Shown: piece after piece, positions 63,549 to 64,000 of the stretch | Layout: the number at the start of each line of letters is the position of its first letter | Position numbering within the stretch: position 1 is the first letter of the stretch | Assembly: GCA_963697895.1 (NCBI GenBank) | Contig: OY969100.1 | Coordinates: forward strand, 640,001-704,000 | DNA from: an uncultured Methanomicrobiales archaeon | GTDB taxonomy: Archaea > Halobacteriota > Methanomicrobia > Methanomicrobiales > Methanospirillaceae | DNA length: 64,000 bases | Reading direction: 5' to 3' | Program-made: the position numbers and the translations under genes | The notes under the pieces: generated by a model | Seen by the model: the letters and a program-made list of their open reading frames with translations, nothing else | Databases searched by the model: none | What the model was told of the DNA's origin: nothing

Positions 63549-63829
63549 CGGGGAAATATATCACCTCCTGCATATTAAATATATCTGGTATATCGGGAAC
63601 ATTATTTATACTAGTTATTTTGAATATAAAACATGTATGCACGTCAAGGTGGATGTATACTCTGGAATAGCGTTTGCTATGCTCATCATCGGGATGAGTG
63701 GAATCGAAACTGCTGAAAAAATCTCCGGGCTCAAGGAGAGCGATCGAACCAATTCTGGGTTCCCTGAATATGGGAGCCATAGCCTCGCCAAACCTGGTGC
63801 TACGGTAACTTCCAAGGAGGTGCTCAATA

Positions 63830-64000
63830 ATGCATAAATCTGCGTTGTTATGTCTGGTTATCCTGATAACGTTCGGTCTGCTCGCATGTATAGCGGGAGC
63901 TGCGGATATTTCAGGGTTCAAGAAAGATGAAAGCGGTAATCTGCTTGATGGCTGGGAGATCACGCTTTACAATGAATCTGGGCTCGTAGCCAACAACACC
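63830..64000 (+). CDS. Secreted SdrD-B-like repeat protein (5' fragment, truncated by the window)
   Basis: GGAGGTG RBS; MHKSALLCLVILITFGLLACIAGA-ADISGFKKDESGNLLDGWEITLYNESG resembles the repeat module of gene A. Confidence 0.75.
   Translation, partial: MHKSALLCLVILITFGLLACIAGAADISGFKKDESGNLLDGWEITLYNESGLVANNT

Noticed and set aside
63460-63963. ORFs 63460..63837 (+) and 63508..63963 (-)
   Set aside because: They overlap the better-supported antitoxin, the AT-rich divergent promoter and the surface-protein start, and have no recognisable motifs.

Overview
This is an archaeal chromosomal window from a methanogen. Gene content suggests Methanomicrobiales, probably Methanoregulaceae-like (inference). 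The region from 1 to 33 kb is mostly housekeeping and cofactor genes: ilvE, the coenzyme F430 genes cfbAEDB (no cfbC in the cluster), methanogenesis marker 9/citG/DUF447, hypEA, two DedA paralogs, fprA, phosphoribulokinase, a nitrogenase-like nifH/nifD-like/nifK-like trio, leuCDB, nusA, hisE, dph5, feoB/dtxR, polX and a cis-prenyltransferase pair. From 33 to 48 kb there is a locus of five secreted or surface proteins. Four of them share domains pairwise in a chain, and the two large divergent genes are preceded by an inverted-duplicated promoter plus a ~240-nt leader containing a conserved stem-loop. The region from 48 to 57 kb is a nitrogen-assimilation island: split glutamate synthase with a FrhB-like subunit, glnA, glnK, amtB and glnK, with three TAGAA-N6-TTCC NrpR-like boxes. 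The last 7 kb hold a pilin, aglJ, tRNA-Gly, tsaC, a solo Cas4-like gene, tRNA-Thr, an orphan antitoxin and the start of another surface protein. About nine single-base frameshifts in conserved genes are most likely sequencing or assembly errors. The best candidates for undescribed biology are the domain-chained surface-protein system with its duplicated structured leader, and the minimal nitrogenase-like complex. All calls come from motif recognition by eye; no searches were run.
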